Virus record (IMG/VR): IMGVR_UViG_3300044846_005371
Location: 1 to 64,000 of that record
From: a virus
Length of the DNA: 64,000 nt
Direction: 5' to 3' (one strand)
Shown: piece after piece, positions 47,593 to 58,363 of the stretch
How positions within the stretch are numbered: position 1 is the stretch's first letter
Layout: every line of letters starts with the position of its first letter
The notes under the pieces: model-generated
Databases searched by the model: none
The model's input: only the letters and a program-made list of their open reading frames with translations
Told to the model about the DNA's origin: nothing
Program-made: the position numbers and the translations under genes

Positions 47593-49692
47593 ATGGCAGT
47601 AACTCCATTAATAAAGCCAGTACAAAATAGAAAAGGAATATTCTACAATTTTCAGAGCGCACTTGAAGATGTAAATATTACTTTGAGCAATAGCGAGAAT
47701 CAAGTAAGATTTTCAAAATTTGCGTTATTGCGTCTTCCGAATATAGGAGAACCGGCTGCTCAATTTTCTTCAGATAACAAACTTCAATTTTTAGCGTTAG
47801 GTGAAACTTCCTTGATTGAAGGACTCGATAATGATCAATCCTTTAACTTAGCTACTAGTTTTCAAAACTATGCATTAAACTTAGAAGCATTGCTTCTTTC
47901 TCAAAATGGATATCAACGTTCTGAAAAGTTAACTGTAGCTGAACGAGTATTTTTTAAATGGTTGAAGGAACTTGGAGCAATACGTTTTCAAAACGCAAAT
48001 AGCCTAGAGAAAAATACAGCTGTTCTTGGTACTGCCAAACGATATGTTGAAGCTAGCGAAACTAATACAGATTATGAAAAAGTAGTTAAGTACATTGGTG
48101 ATATTGACATTGTAAATTCTCTAAAAGCTAAGGAAAATTCATATACTGAGGTTTACATACATGTCCCAACAAATGTCGGTTCAACAACTCATGTATTGTT
48201 TAAATCGGTATCTGATGTAAACTATTATGCAGGTCAATCAATAACTAATAATCCATCTGATCCATTAAATATTGAATATTTAAGCGGTAGAAAATATGAT
48301 GAAACTCATCCATTTGGTATTTCTTTAAAAGCATACTATGATTTAGATGATTCTAGCATCGCAACAACGATTACAGATGATCCTCTTGTTGCAGGTTCTC
48401 CAGGAAATTGGTTTACAAATAATACGCCGAATACTTATTATACTGATGACGATGGAACAGGAAGCTTTGATTCAACAAAGGATCAATATCTAATAAAAAC
48501 AGATGGAACAACTACTATTTCGTATGTTCGTAGCACATTAGATGGAATATCTATTGACTTTGACCTAAATAACTACAAACTAGCTAGTGAAAATCCAAAC
48601 ATTAAAGTGTTTTCACAATTTAATGACTATATTGGAAATAAAGATTTTGAGTTTAATGCAATTTTAGTGTACTATGATACATATGATCCAAATAATTTGG
48701 ATTCTACTGGTGCACCACTTGACTTTAGAACTAATTTGTATGGTATACTTATATTAGATCAACCTACTCAAAATGGTTTAGAATTTGCAATCCCTAGTTT
48801 TGAGAAATACAAACCGGATCCCTTAAATAAGATCAATGGAAATAGCTTTGGATACAAAATGAATCTAAAGTTAGATACTTCAGCGGAAGAAGTTAAGACT
48901 GAAAAATCAATAAATGATTATTCAACATTTTCACTAGACCTATTCACTGATGTTTTAACTCAATTTAAGAAAACTCAAATACTTATAAACGATCAGTTGC
49001 TTGAAATGCAGCAGTTATCGCAAGATGTAGAATCCTTAAAGAATAAACTAATCAACTCTGAGGACAAAACTGAATTATCTTTAAGAATATCTGATCTTGA
49101 AACAAGTCTTACTGAAAATCAAGCGATATTTGACAATACTTCAGCTATCATGGGGCTTATTGAAAGTCTAAATGACAGAGTAGATTCATTAATCACAGGC
49201 ACAACTAATGCCTTACTTACGTATGACTTGAATGTTATTCGTCCAGGTGAAGGTATTGTTGTAGATCGATCTACTCCAGGAAGAGTTAGAATCGTTAATT
49301 CTAATCAAAAATACAACATATCCAATTCTTCATTAATCAACATAATTGATAACAATACTCTAACTCTAAGTAATTTTACTAATTATTATAGACATCAAAA
49401 TTCAAGTATTCCAATCATGTTAGTTGAAGACAATACTCTTTACATTGACGATACTCAATATGCTTGGAAGAAAGGTCAAACTGTTAGACTTGTGATTAGT
49501 GACGAAATAGATTTAGGAGTGTATAACTTAACTGTAAAAACAGATGCAGTTAATCGTAAAAACTCAGGAGTATACGGAAAAACAATAGGCGTTTTAACAT
49601 CAGACGATTTTGGAACAGATGGAACTCCAATATTTGAGTTAATTTGCGTAAATGATGAAAATTACACCTTCGTAATCGATAAAATAAGATAA
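47593..49692 (+). CDS. Virion structural protein with coiled coil, 699 aa
   Basis: Position in the late structural run; heptads near QLLEMQQLSQDVESLK. Confidence 0.5.
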   Translation: MAVTPLIKPVQNRKGIFYNFQSALEDVNITLSNSENQVRFSKFALLRLPNIGEPAAQFSSDNKLQFLALGETSLIEGLDNDQSFNLATSFQNYALNLEALLLSQNGYQRSEKLTVAERVFFKWLKELGAIRFQNANSLEKNTAVLGTAKRYVEASETNTDYEKVVKYIGDIDIVNSLKAKENSYTEVYIHVPTNVGSTTHVLFKSVSDVNYYAGQSITNNPSDPLNIEYLSGRKYDETHPFGISLKAYYDLDDSSIATTITDDPLVAGSPGNWFTNNTPNTYYTDDDGTGSFDSTKDQYLIKTDGTTTISYVRSTLDGISIDFDLNNYKLASENPNIKVFSQFNDYIGNKDFEFNAILVYYDTYDPNNLDSTGAPLDFRTNLYGILILDQPTQNGLEFAIPSFEKYKPDPLNKINGNSFGYKMNLKLDTSAEEVKTEKSINDYSTFSLDLFTDVLTQFKKTQILINDQLLEMQQLSQDVESLKNKLINSEDKTELSLRISDLETSLTENQAIFDNTSAIMGLIESLNDRVDSLITGTTNALLTYDLNVIRPGEGIVVDRSTPGRVRIVNSNQKYNISNSSLINIIDNNTLTLSNFTNYYRHQNSSIPIMLVEDNTLYIDDTQYAWKKGQTVRLVISDEIDLGVYNLTVKTDAVNRKNSGVYGKTIGVLTSDDFGTDGTPIFELICVNDENYTFVIDKIR

Positions 49693-49697
49693 TTTAG

Positions 49698-52600
49698 ATG
49701 GCAGAGCAAAAGAACACGCTTTCAGATCTTTTAAAAAGACTTACTGTGGATGCAAACAATATGAATGCATTCCTTTACAGTCTTTCAAATATGCTTGAAT
49801 CAAAATCTGAGAATGTAACAGTTTCTCAGTATACTGAAGACGGTAGTCAATATACAATAACTGTACCTTCATTCGGTTATCTCAAAGGAAAGATCGAAGA
49901 CATCAACAATAAATTCGATTCATTGCTTTCTGCAAATGGAGATACTGTTGGTGTAAAATCATCAAATGGTGATATTCGAAAATTCGAATTGAAAAAAATA
50001 TCACAACTTGTTTCAGATTTAGACAATATTGAAAATGTTACTCTAAATTTACCAAATTCATTTAAAGTTAGAAATAACTGGTTTTTTGAGTCATTCTTAA
50101 ACCCATTACTATTTGTAACAGTAGATATTTCTTCTTTCTTAACTCAAGATATTGATCGATTTGTAGTTAAGAGAATTATAATCAATTCAGCAGACGATGA
50201 TGCTGTTGCTTTCTTTAGAGAAAATTACCGAGGACAAACAAACATTGATTTGGAGGATCTAAAGTTAGATCTCTCAGATAATGGTTATGATTTCTTTGAA
50301 GATGACAACGTAGTTGATCTTGAAATACCTGTAAATAGATATAGAGGATCGTTTGATATCGTTAAACAGCGTGAAGAAACAGTTGCTGTTACTTCAGGTA
50401 CTGAAACATCATCAGTTATTCGTCGAGTTTACAAATTAAGCACTCTAAATTATACAGATATTTTAGACTCAGTTCAAAATACTAGAATTCTTTCTGAGGG
50501 CGATGTTTTGATTACTGCAAATGATTCAGAATACATTGTTAGGTCAGTAAATAAAACAACTAAGGAAGTAGTTCTAGAAAGAACTTATGGATTGGATCCA
50601 TTAACTATTGGCGCTAACCAATTGAGAGTTAAACCTGTTCCATATCGAATTCCAGAATTAAGAATCAATGTTGGTTTTAATGAACATGAAGTAATCTTTA
50701 TACGTCCAGTAAGCAAGGCTAACAACCTAACAACTGATTCTTTTTCAAAAGGCTTTGGAATTTATACAAATGAGTTGACTATCACTCTAGAGGACGATAG
50801 TCAAACTACTTTAGAAAGATACTACAATAATTTTGTTGCCGATTTTGGCTTAATTTTATTGAATGCTGCCAAGGAAAGAAAATTACCTGCAGTTATTGCA
50901 GCAACACCAGACTCTCCAGTTTTAGACTCTAGTAACTTTAGTGTAGTTCAAATAAATGCGCATATAAAAGAAGATCAAGGTGCTCTTCAAATTAAAGCAA
51001 AGATTGCTGAAAAGGAGAGAATTAAGAGTGAAATATCTGAAAAGGATAAAAAGATTGAAGATATTAAAAGTAAGATAAGTGCGAAAGAAACTACTCAAAA
51101 GGAAAAAAGAAGATTAGATAAGGATCTAACTAAAGCAGTTAAGGATCGTGGAGTTTTACAAAGTCAACTTGCAACATCTATTAATAGCATTACATTAGAC
51201 ATTAGTGTTACTCCAGCATTCATAACTACTCCTAAATTTAGAGTTAGAGGATTTTGGAATATTCCAGATCCTAAAGTTACTGAGTATGGTACGCAAACCG
51301 TTGTTCAATTTAAGTACAGATACAGATATCTTAGTAAAAAAGGAACCACACCAAACGCAGTTCAACAAAAATTTGTTGATACTAATGGAACTAAAAAGTT
51401 TGCAACATTTTCTTCATGGACAGAAGTTTTAACCAAACCTCGTCAACGAGTTTTAGATGAAACTACTGGACTTTATATTTGGGCTGAAGAAGCAGTGACC
51501 GACTCTGAGGCAGTAAATAGCAATCAACTCGATATTGCAATAAACAAAGGAGAAATAGTAGAAATACAAGTAATGTCTCTTTCTGAAGCAGGTTGGCCAG
51601 ATAATCCAGCGCAGTCTGACTGGTCAAATTCAGTTCAAGTTACTTTCCCAGACGATATCGAATCCGAAGAAGAAAATACTATACTTGCTCAAAAAACATA
51701 TGCTGAAAACGCTAAAGTTCAATTTGAAGATTCGTTAACTGCTAAGGGCTTAGACCTCCATCTACTTAATCAATTCACAACTGGCGAAAGATTCTTCGGT
51801 CATCAGTCTAAAGATATTGCAAGTGGCTTCTTTACGCCAGAAGGAAATGTTGTTGACTTATTCGAACAATTAAAGGGAATAGCTGCATCATTAGAAGCAT
51901 TACAAAAAGCTATTGCTACTGAGGCTGGTGAAATCAAAGTTATCATAATTGATCCTGATGGAAATGAAATTTCAGTAAATCAAGGACAAACTGTTGAGCT
52001 GTTTGCAGGATACTATAAAGATCAAATAAAGGATACTATTGGAGATTCTATTGTTTACCGACATGGCGAAATAATAACGAAGCAGTATATCATGCAGATT
52101 CAAAACGTATCTGCGACTCCTTTAGAATTAATAAGCATACTTAAGGGAGGAATTGATGAAATTTCTCCAGAGTCCGATCCAATTGCATATCCAGAAGATG
52201 ACTATCACCTAATTAGACAATACGATAAGGTGCCGATTGGAATAAGTTCAATTTCAGAAAGTACGCTAGGTTCATTTAAGCATACACCTAAAGCACAATC
52301 TGCTCAAGTTAAGAGTCAATACGTTTATTCTAGATTTAAGGATTATGGATTATCTAAGGAGTTATATGCACAATATCCATCTTCCGGATATTCAACAGCA
52401 AATGTATCAACTTATAATTTCCAAGGAATAACTGTAGGTTCAAATCTAGTGCCTTTGAACTGGGCACATTATCTACCGTATAATCCTACTTTAAACTGGA
52501 GTTCTACTTTTCCAACAACTAACTCAAATGTTTGGAATGGAGTAAGTTCAACTCTTGTTGGTCTTCCAACTGGAGGAGGTTATGTCACTGAGTTTGCGTT

Positions 52601-53294
52601 GCATGTAAATCATCCATATGTTAGAGCATGGTGCGCAAGCAATCCAGGAACAACATTAGCAAGTGGTTCAAATTTAGAAGATTTCTTCTTGCCTGAATTT
52701 GAAGAATCTGGTGGATCTATTGTTTCATCGGCTGGTCAAAAATACTTGCCAGTAAGCCACGCTCCTTTCTTTGAGACTAGAAATAATGAAACTCAAGTTT
52801 TAGGAGGAGTTAATAATCAACAAGCAATTCGACCAAATGTAAACGACACAGTTGCTGCTAACTTAAATACAAATAGAGGAACCGATAACTATCCTGTTAA
52901 ATTAGGATTCGTTCCAGATGACCAGTATTTAATAGGAAAATATACATGTGGCGCATATTTAAACATGATGCCAAACTCCTATGAAATAGTCTCAGTTGAA
53001 GGAAATCACCCTTTACTATCTGTTAAAAAAGTTGCAACTGGCGCAGTCAAAGCAATTAATGTACCAATTGTATTCCAATACCGTTGCTCAGACATTCTAA
53101 AAAATGTTGGAGGTTATCGAAAAAATGAAAATCTAAATCAAGTTCAATACACTAGAACAGTAGGAATTGACGTTTTCATAAAAGATGCTTCTCCATTTTC
53201 TTTTGATTTAACAGTATCTGCTAAATATCAAAATGAAACTACCTTCCAAGGAATAATTGCACCTGGAATAGGAAATATTGTGAACTTTAAATAA
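49698..53294 (+). CDS. Large virion structural protein, 1198 aa
   Basis: Central charged coiled coil (KAKIAEKERIK...) flanked by beta-rich regions. Confidence 0.5.
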   Translation: MAEQKNTLSDLLKRLTVDANNMNAFLYSLSNMLESKSENVTVSQYTEDGSQYTITVPSFGYLKGKIEDINNKFDSLLSANGDTVGVKSSNGDIRKFELKKISQLVSDLDNIENVTLNLPNSFKVRNNWFFESFLNPLLFVTVDISSFLTQDIDRFVVKRIIINSADDDAVAFFRENYRGQTNIDLEDLKLDLSDNGYDFFEDDNVVDLEIPVNRYRGSFDIVKQREETVAVTSGTETSSVIRRVYKLSTLNYTDILDSVQNTRILSEGDVLITANDSEYIVRSVNKTTKEVVLERTYGLDPLTIGANQLRVKPVPYRIPELRINVGFNEHEVIFIRPVSKANNLTTDSFSKGFGIYTNELTITLEDDSQTTLERYYNNFVADFGLILLNAAKERKLPAVIAATPDSPVLDSSNFSVVQINAHIKEDQGALQIKAKIAEKERIKSEISEKDKKIEDIKSKISAKETTQKEKRRLDKDLTKAVKDRGVLQSQLATSINSITLDISVTPAFITTPKFRVRGFWNIPDPKVTEYGTQTVVQFKYRYRYLSKKGTTPNAVQQKFVDTNGTKKFATFSSWTEVLTKPRQRVLDETTGLYIWAEEAVTDSEAVNSNQLDIAINKGEIVEIQVMSLSEAGWPDNPAQSDWSNSVQVTFPDDIESEEENTILAQKTYAENAKVQFEDSLTAKGLDLHLLNQFTTGERFFGHQSKDIASGFFTPEGNVVDLFEQLKGIAASLEALQKAIATEAGEIKVIIIDPDGNEISVNQGQTVELFAGYYKDQIKDTIGDSIVYRHGEIITKQYIMQIQNVSATPLELISILKGGIDEISPESDPIAYPEDDYHLIRQYDKVPIGISSISESTLGSFKHTPKAQSAQVKSQYVYSRFKDYGLSKELYAQYPSSGYSTANVSTYNFQGITVGSNLVPLNWAHYLPYNPTLNWSSTFPTTNSNVWNGVSSTLVGLPTGGGYVTEFALHVNHPYVRAWCASNPGTTLASGSNLEDFFLPEFEESGGSIVSSAGQKYLPVSHAPFFETRNNETQVLGGVNNQQAIRPNVNDTVAANLNTNRGTDNYPVKLGFVPDDQYLIGKYTCGAYLNMMPNSYEIVSVEGNHPLLSVKKVATGAVKAINVPIVFQYRCSDILKNVGGYRKNENLNQVQYTRTVGIDVFIKDASPFSFDLTVSAKYQNETTFQGIIAPGIGNIVNFK

Positions 53295-56200
53295 TGAAGT
53301 TAAATTACACTAAAATACTTGATGCTGACTCTAGTTTTAGCCTAGTTCGCACCAACCCAAAATTAACTGGAAACGTAAAATTAACAGTAGACTCGGCTGG
53401 TGAAATGTGGCTAGACGCAATTCCAGCAAATAATGAACTTGCTAAAGAAAAGTACAATAAGATTGCAATAGATTCTACTGGAACTTACGCTAGTGCTCTG
53501 TATAAGTTCTTTAATAATGGTCAAACTCCAAATGAAATAGTTTTTTCTCTTGATGAAAAGATAGATCTAACTAGAACATCTAAGAACTTTAATGACCAGT
53601 ACGATTTTTCTCATTATTTTAGCGGAGCAAATTATCTAGTTTCAAACAAGTACTCTGAAAAATTTTCATATTTTGCTCCACTTTATTTGAAAAAAGATAT
53701 ACCTAATTATTTTATAATTTTTAAAATTGAAGGTGCTGCAAATAAATCAATAGATCTTCTAAAAGCAGATTATCCTTATGATAAAGGAGATTACTTACGC
53801 GAACTTTTTGAGAAGGCAACTATTGTAAAAACTTTTGATCTTGGTGAAACTTCCAAGATTGGTAAATACTTAAGACGCTACTTAGGCGATGCTAATTTCC
53901 CAAGCTCATCACTATCCGTTTCATATGATCCTGAAGGATTAACAGTATGGAATGGTGTTTTACTAAATTCAGGGGTTCTTGGAGGTAGAGGTGAAGAATT
54001 GTATGATTTTTACCAAACTGCATATCCTTTAAAATTTTCTGAAGAATATATTACCTTAGGATTTGAAAGAAATGGAGTAATTTTTCCAAATATTGTAAAT
54101 CTTCAATTTGCATTTGATGATCCTAGTGCTGAAAACTACACATTCAACCGATACTTAGGACTCTATGTAAATACAATAGAGTTAACCAAATTAGATATTG
54201 ATCTTGATGCATTATACCAAAATAGATCAAACACCGGAAACTCTCCAATAATCAAGAGAAAATACTTTGAAAACGAAGATAGTGTGCTATACCAAGAAAA
54301 TACAAACGGTCTTCCTTTTCCATATCTAAACAATTCTATTAAATTTTCGGATTTTGAAGATTGCTTTACTGATGATACTAATCTATTTTTTACTTATTTG
54401 TTAGATAAGGAAAATAATGTATATTCTCCAAAAGTACCTTCTCCTTTTTCTCTAAGCTATGATCCATTGACTAGTGAAGAGTTGACGAGCGGAACTATCA
54501 CATTATCTAATAAATCAATAAATTACGGAAATTTCTTTGGTCCATATTCTGATTTTTTACAAGATGATGGTTTTGTTGCAACATCTAACGCACACTCACA
54601 TATTGATCTTGAAGTTCTTTTAGAATTTCAGCATTTAGATTCAATAAAATTCTATCATCCTTCTGGAACTAGAGTTGATTCTAACGGTAAATATGATCTG
54701 TTTACTGGAACTTCAGGCTATTCGCTTGTTCCTAATCCTGGCGATGCTTATTTTTACATAGACACCGATGGTAGTTTAGGATATGATGAATTTTATTTCA
54801 ATTGTACTGGCGATATAACTAAAATAGCAAAAGCAATTGCTACTTGTTTAAATGAAGTTAGAACAAAGTCATATAAAGTATTCGTGGATGGCGCTAAAAT
54901 CATTATAAAATCTTCATCATCTGGTGATAAAGATTTAGCGTTCGGTTTAGAGTTTGTTACATCTGATTACACAATAAATTCTTTAAAAATATCTGAATCT
55001 TTTGGAGAATCCCTAGATGGGGTTTTGTTTAACTTTGAGGGAGGATCGTTAAACAAATACGGAAGGCTTGTCATAGAGGCAGAACATCGCTCTAAAATAC
55101 TACAAAATATAGATAATCTTCTTATTCGAACTAAGACAGGTTGGTCAAAAATTAAGAAAATTTCAAAATATTCTGATTTATTGACTGAGAAATCTTTTTC
55201 AAACGCTATTACTAAGGAGAAATCACTAAATTCATTCTATCAAAACATTGTTTTAACATTAGAGGATGATGTTGAACCTGAAGTTAAATATTCTCAGTAT
55301 ACTATCAAGTTAAAGTATAGAACTAGATTTGGTTTACTATCGATGTTTCCGATCAAAGATTTTGACTTTGACTTTTATTCAAGCCAATATGATAATTTTC
55401 CAGAAATAGACTTATATGCACATCATTATGTGCCTGAAAATATTGCTAATCTTATTCCAGGAATAGAATATTCGATTATCGGCATAGGCTCAATTAAACT
55501 AAGTAATGGTTCAATAATTCATTCATCAGATCCTCAACCATTCACTGTTGCTGAACCATTAACTTATTCTACTTTTGTAGGTAAGGTGATAGTTTCATAT
55601 TACTATAGTATGACTAATCCTGGTGATTCAACGATCGTTCCTATTTCTGACTTAAATACTGAACTTACTTCTTTTCCGGGATTTTCAATACTTAAGGATC
55701 AATTTATAATTAGACCTGAAACTTCCGATGAGTATTTCAAATTAAAAACAAAATACGTAAACGGAGCTACTCCAACCGAATACGATTACTATAAAGAAAA
55801 TAGTAGCGCTGACTTTGCACTAAAATCAAAGTTAGTTCCATACATCACAAAATGGGGAATAGAAGATGGAACTGATGCTAGAGGAAATGCATATAGATTT
55901 AACACTGAAGCTGCATTCGGCTACACTAACTTTTCTCCAGACCATACTGACACTACTCAAAATCCTTCTAACTTTACGCATGAATGGTTTTATATTGAGT
56001 CAATATTTAATTACAACAAATCTGAAGACACGGTTAAGCTAAATAATTACTATTTCGACTATCCGTTCGATGAAGAACAATTAATCAGCGATCCTGATTA
56101 TTTTGTAAAATACTTTACATATTCTCCAAAAGTAGATAGTAGCGATATCGAGGTAGGCGATACTCAGTTTAGGTACGCAAACGTATTTAAAAATAGACTA

Positions 56201-58363
56201 GGAGAATATCAAGTACTATTCAAAGGATTTAAAATAACTCTTAAAGATATAATAGATCCTTCTCTATTACAGGAAGACGGTCGACCAGTATATTCTGCTA
56301 ATTCTACTCGATTTGATGGATATAAGTTTAGTGCTCTTCTTAAAGCTAAGAAGGAAGATATAAATGATCCTACTGTTCCCCCTATTTCATATAGGGTCAT
56401 TGAACACACAGACTATAAGTTCATATTGCTTTTAATAGAAGTTTCATTAGGCGACCTCTCTGACATAGACGATTATCGTAAAGAACTATATGGAATTATA
56501 TCGAATGGTCAGGACCCAGATGCGATTCAACCGAATGATCCCGACATGTATTCAGTATTTCCATCTGGAAAATACTCATATCAGACGATTAATGGAGATT
56601 ACCGAATACAGTTTACTAGCGTTGATGGAACTGAAATTTCAAATCTAAGCCATCTATTTTTATATGCATTTAAGCATAAAAAGTACAATGCACTGTTTGA
56701 TTCTTTCTCAAACGCTAAACTTGCCTCAAAGATAAATTTAGGAAGTATTGATTTGCCTAAACTCGACAATCCAAGCTATCCAAATTATCCTTTTTCTCTA
56801 AAGGAAGAAACTACACCTAGGAAAACTAATACTACTTACTTAGGAGTTAGATTCATAAATACTGGGGCAGAATATGTACTTGATGAGTATGATACTACTT
56901 TACTTACTCCAAAATTTATAAGTCCAATATCTGATGCAAATATAAATTTCTTAAGTTTATATGAGTCATCCGATAATCCATTTTTAATAGATGCATCAAC
57001 TGGTGGACCATTTCAACCAATCCCATCAGCGTTAAGCTCAAATTTCTTTAAAACTAAAGCAGTGTTTAAGATAATTAGCGGCGGTGAATTATATTACGAA
57101 TCTCTTTTCTCAAAATTATCATTTGCTAATTTTAAAAAATATGTGAACGATTATTCAGCATTCATAGAGTATGAATCTTATTCTCTAGTTGATGGGATAC
57201 CTGAATTATCAACGTCTCCTAGATTTTATGTTGAAGTCGTTTCACCTAAAGAAATTTATAAAACATCGGCACTTGTAGTTCAAGAAGATACTGATAGACC
57301 TGCTCAATTTTCATCAAGTTCTTCAATATCTACAAAAAAGTTTGAAGGTCAAAAATTATCTACGATACCAAACAATACTGTCGCACCATTAATAGGATAT
57401 CGTTACGGAAGAGTTAACTTATCTTCTCCTTATCATATTACACGATATGATGGAGGATACGAGCCACTATTTAAAAATGTTTCAAAATTTGTTTCAACTT
57501 TCAAGTTTACTCAAAATGATATTGACGACCTAGATCAAAGCAACACCAAGTTGAATGTATATGCTGATCACTTCTATGATTTAGTAAATTTCAATCACCT
57601 TAAAATAGCTGATTCTAAGATACTTACATTGGAATCCGACGATCAATATGATCCAGTTTATGAGCTAATTGACGAAATTTCAATAGGTCGAAACGACATG
57701 TTTGTATTTAGTTCAAATTGGGATTATGGATTTCACCATAAGTATTCAACAAAAGTTTTAAGCTCGCCTGTTTCTGGAACTCTTAGAATAGAAGAAGACT
57801 CTGCATTTTTAAATAAGTTGATGCAACTTCCAACTTCAATAGAACTTGAAAATTTTGTAAAAACTGATATTTCTCCAAATGTTGAATTGAAGGACATTAA
57901 TCCAGCACAATATGAATTAGCATTTAGAGAGACAGATTTTGAAGTTTCAGGGATCATAAACATAGGAAATGTACTAAGCACTTACCTATTAAATAATGGG
58001 TTCATTCAGCCTTTTCAAGAACTAATTCCACAGACTTCAGAGTACATCGGAAATTATTCAACTCTAACTAATTATGTAAAAGCATATATTGAAAAGAATA
58101 TTAACCGACTATATGAAATAGAAACAATTGAATTTTACACAAAAGTTAGTAAATCTACGATATCTTCTCAAGTCGGAGTTGCAAATGTCAATACTATAGC
58201 GTTTTCATTTTTAACTGATGCTCAAAGGTATCAACAGGGATTTGTTCTATCAAAAGATTTTAAAATAAATAAAACAGGTAAACTTAATCTCACGTATGAG
58301 TTTAATAAACCAATAAACGCTGGTGTAATAATCAGTCCAAAAATAAAAATTAAGTTCATCTAA
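53294..58363 (+). CDS. Very large virion structural protein, 1689 aa
   Basis: TAATG coupling to both neighbours; no family recognised. Confidence 0.5.
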   Translation: MKLNYTKILDADSSFSLVRTNPKLTGNVKLTVDSAGEMWLDAIPANNELAKEKYNKIAIDSTGTYASALYKFFNNGQTPNEIVFSLDEKIDLTRTSKNFNDQYDFSHYFSGANYLVSNKYSEKFSYFAPLYLKKDIPNYFIIFKIEGAANKSIDLLKADYPYDKGDYLRELFEKATIVKTFDLGETSKIGKYLRRYLGDANFPSSSLSVSYDPEGLTVWNGVLLNSGVLGGRGEELYDFYQTAYPLKFSEEYITLGFERNGVIFPNIVNLQFAFDDPSAENYTFNRYLGLYVNTIELTKLDIDLDALYQNRSNTGNSPIIKRKYFENEDSVLYQENTNGLPFPYLNNSIKFSDFEDCFTDDTNLFFTYLLDKENNVYSPKVPSPFSLSYDPLTSEELTSGTITLSNKSINYGNFFGPYSDFLQDDGFVATSNAHSHIDLEVLLEFQHLDSIKFYHPSGTRVDSNGKYDLFTGTSGYSLVPNPGDAYFYIDTDGSLGYDEFYFNCTGDITKIAKAIATCLNEVRTKSYKVFVDGAKIIIKSSSSGDKDLAFGLEFVTSDYTINSLKISESFGESLDGVLFNFEGGSLNKYGRLVIEAEHRSKILQNIDNLLIRTKTGWSKIKKISKYSDLLTEKSFSNAITKEKSLNSFYQNIVLTLEDDVEPEVKYSQYTIKLKYRTRFGLLSMFPIKDFDFDFYSSQYDNFPEIDLYAHHYVPENIANLIPGIEYSIIGIGSIKLSNGSIIHSSDPQPFTVAEPLTYSTFVGKVIVSYYYSMTNPGDSTIVPISDLNTELTSFPGFSILKDQFIIRPETSDEYFKLKTKYVNGATPTEYDYYKENSSADFALKSKLVPYITKWGIEDGTDARGNAYRFNTEAAFGYTNFSPDHTDTTQNPSNFTHEWFYIESIFNYNKSEDTVKLNNYYFDYPFDEEQLISDPDYFVKYFTYSPKVDSSDIEVGDTQFRYANVFKNRLGEYQVLFKGFKITLKDIIDPSLLQEDGRPVYSANSTRFDGYKFSALLKAKKEDINDPTVPPISYRVIEHTDYKFILLLIEVSLGDLSDIDDYRKELYGIISNGQDPDAIQPNDPDMYSVFPSGKYSYQTINGDYRIQFTSVDGTEISNLSHLFLYAFKHKKYNALFDSFSNAKLASKINLGSIDLPKLDNPSYPNYPFSLKEETTPRKTNTTYLGVRFINTGAEYVLDEYDTTLLTPKFISPISDANINFLSLYESSDNPFLIDASTGGPFQPIPSALSSNFFKTKAVFKIISGGELYYESLFSKLSFANFKKYVNDYSAFIEYESYSLVDGIPELSTSPRFYVEVVSPKEIYKTSALVVQEDTDRPAQFSSSSSISTKKFEGQKLSTIPNNTVAPLIGYRYGRVNLSSPYHITRYDGGYEPLFKNVSKFVSTFKFTQNDIDDLDQSNTKLNVYADHFYDLVNFNHLKIADSKILTLESDDQYDPVYELIDEISIGRNDMFVFSSNWDYGFHHKYSTKVLSSPVSGTLRIEEDSAFLNKLMQLPTSIELENFVKTDISPNVELKDINPAQYELAFRETDFEVSGIINIGNVLSTYLLNNGFIQPFQELIPQTSEYIGNYSTLTNYVKAYIEKNINRLYEIETIEFYTKVSKSTISSQVGVANVNTIAFSFLTDAQRYQQGFVLSKDFKINKTGKLNLTYEFNKPINAGVIISPKIKIKFI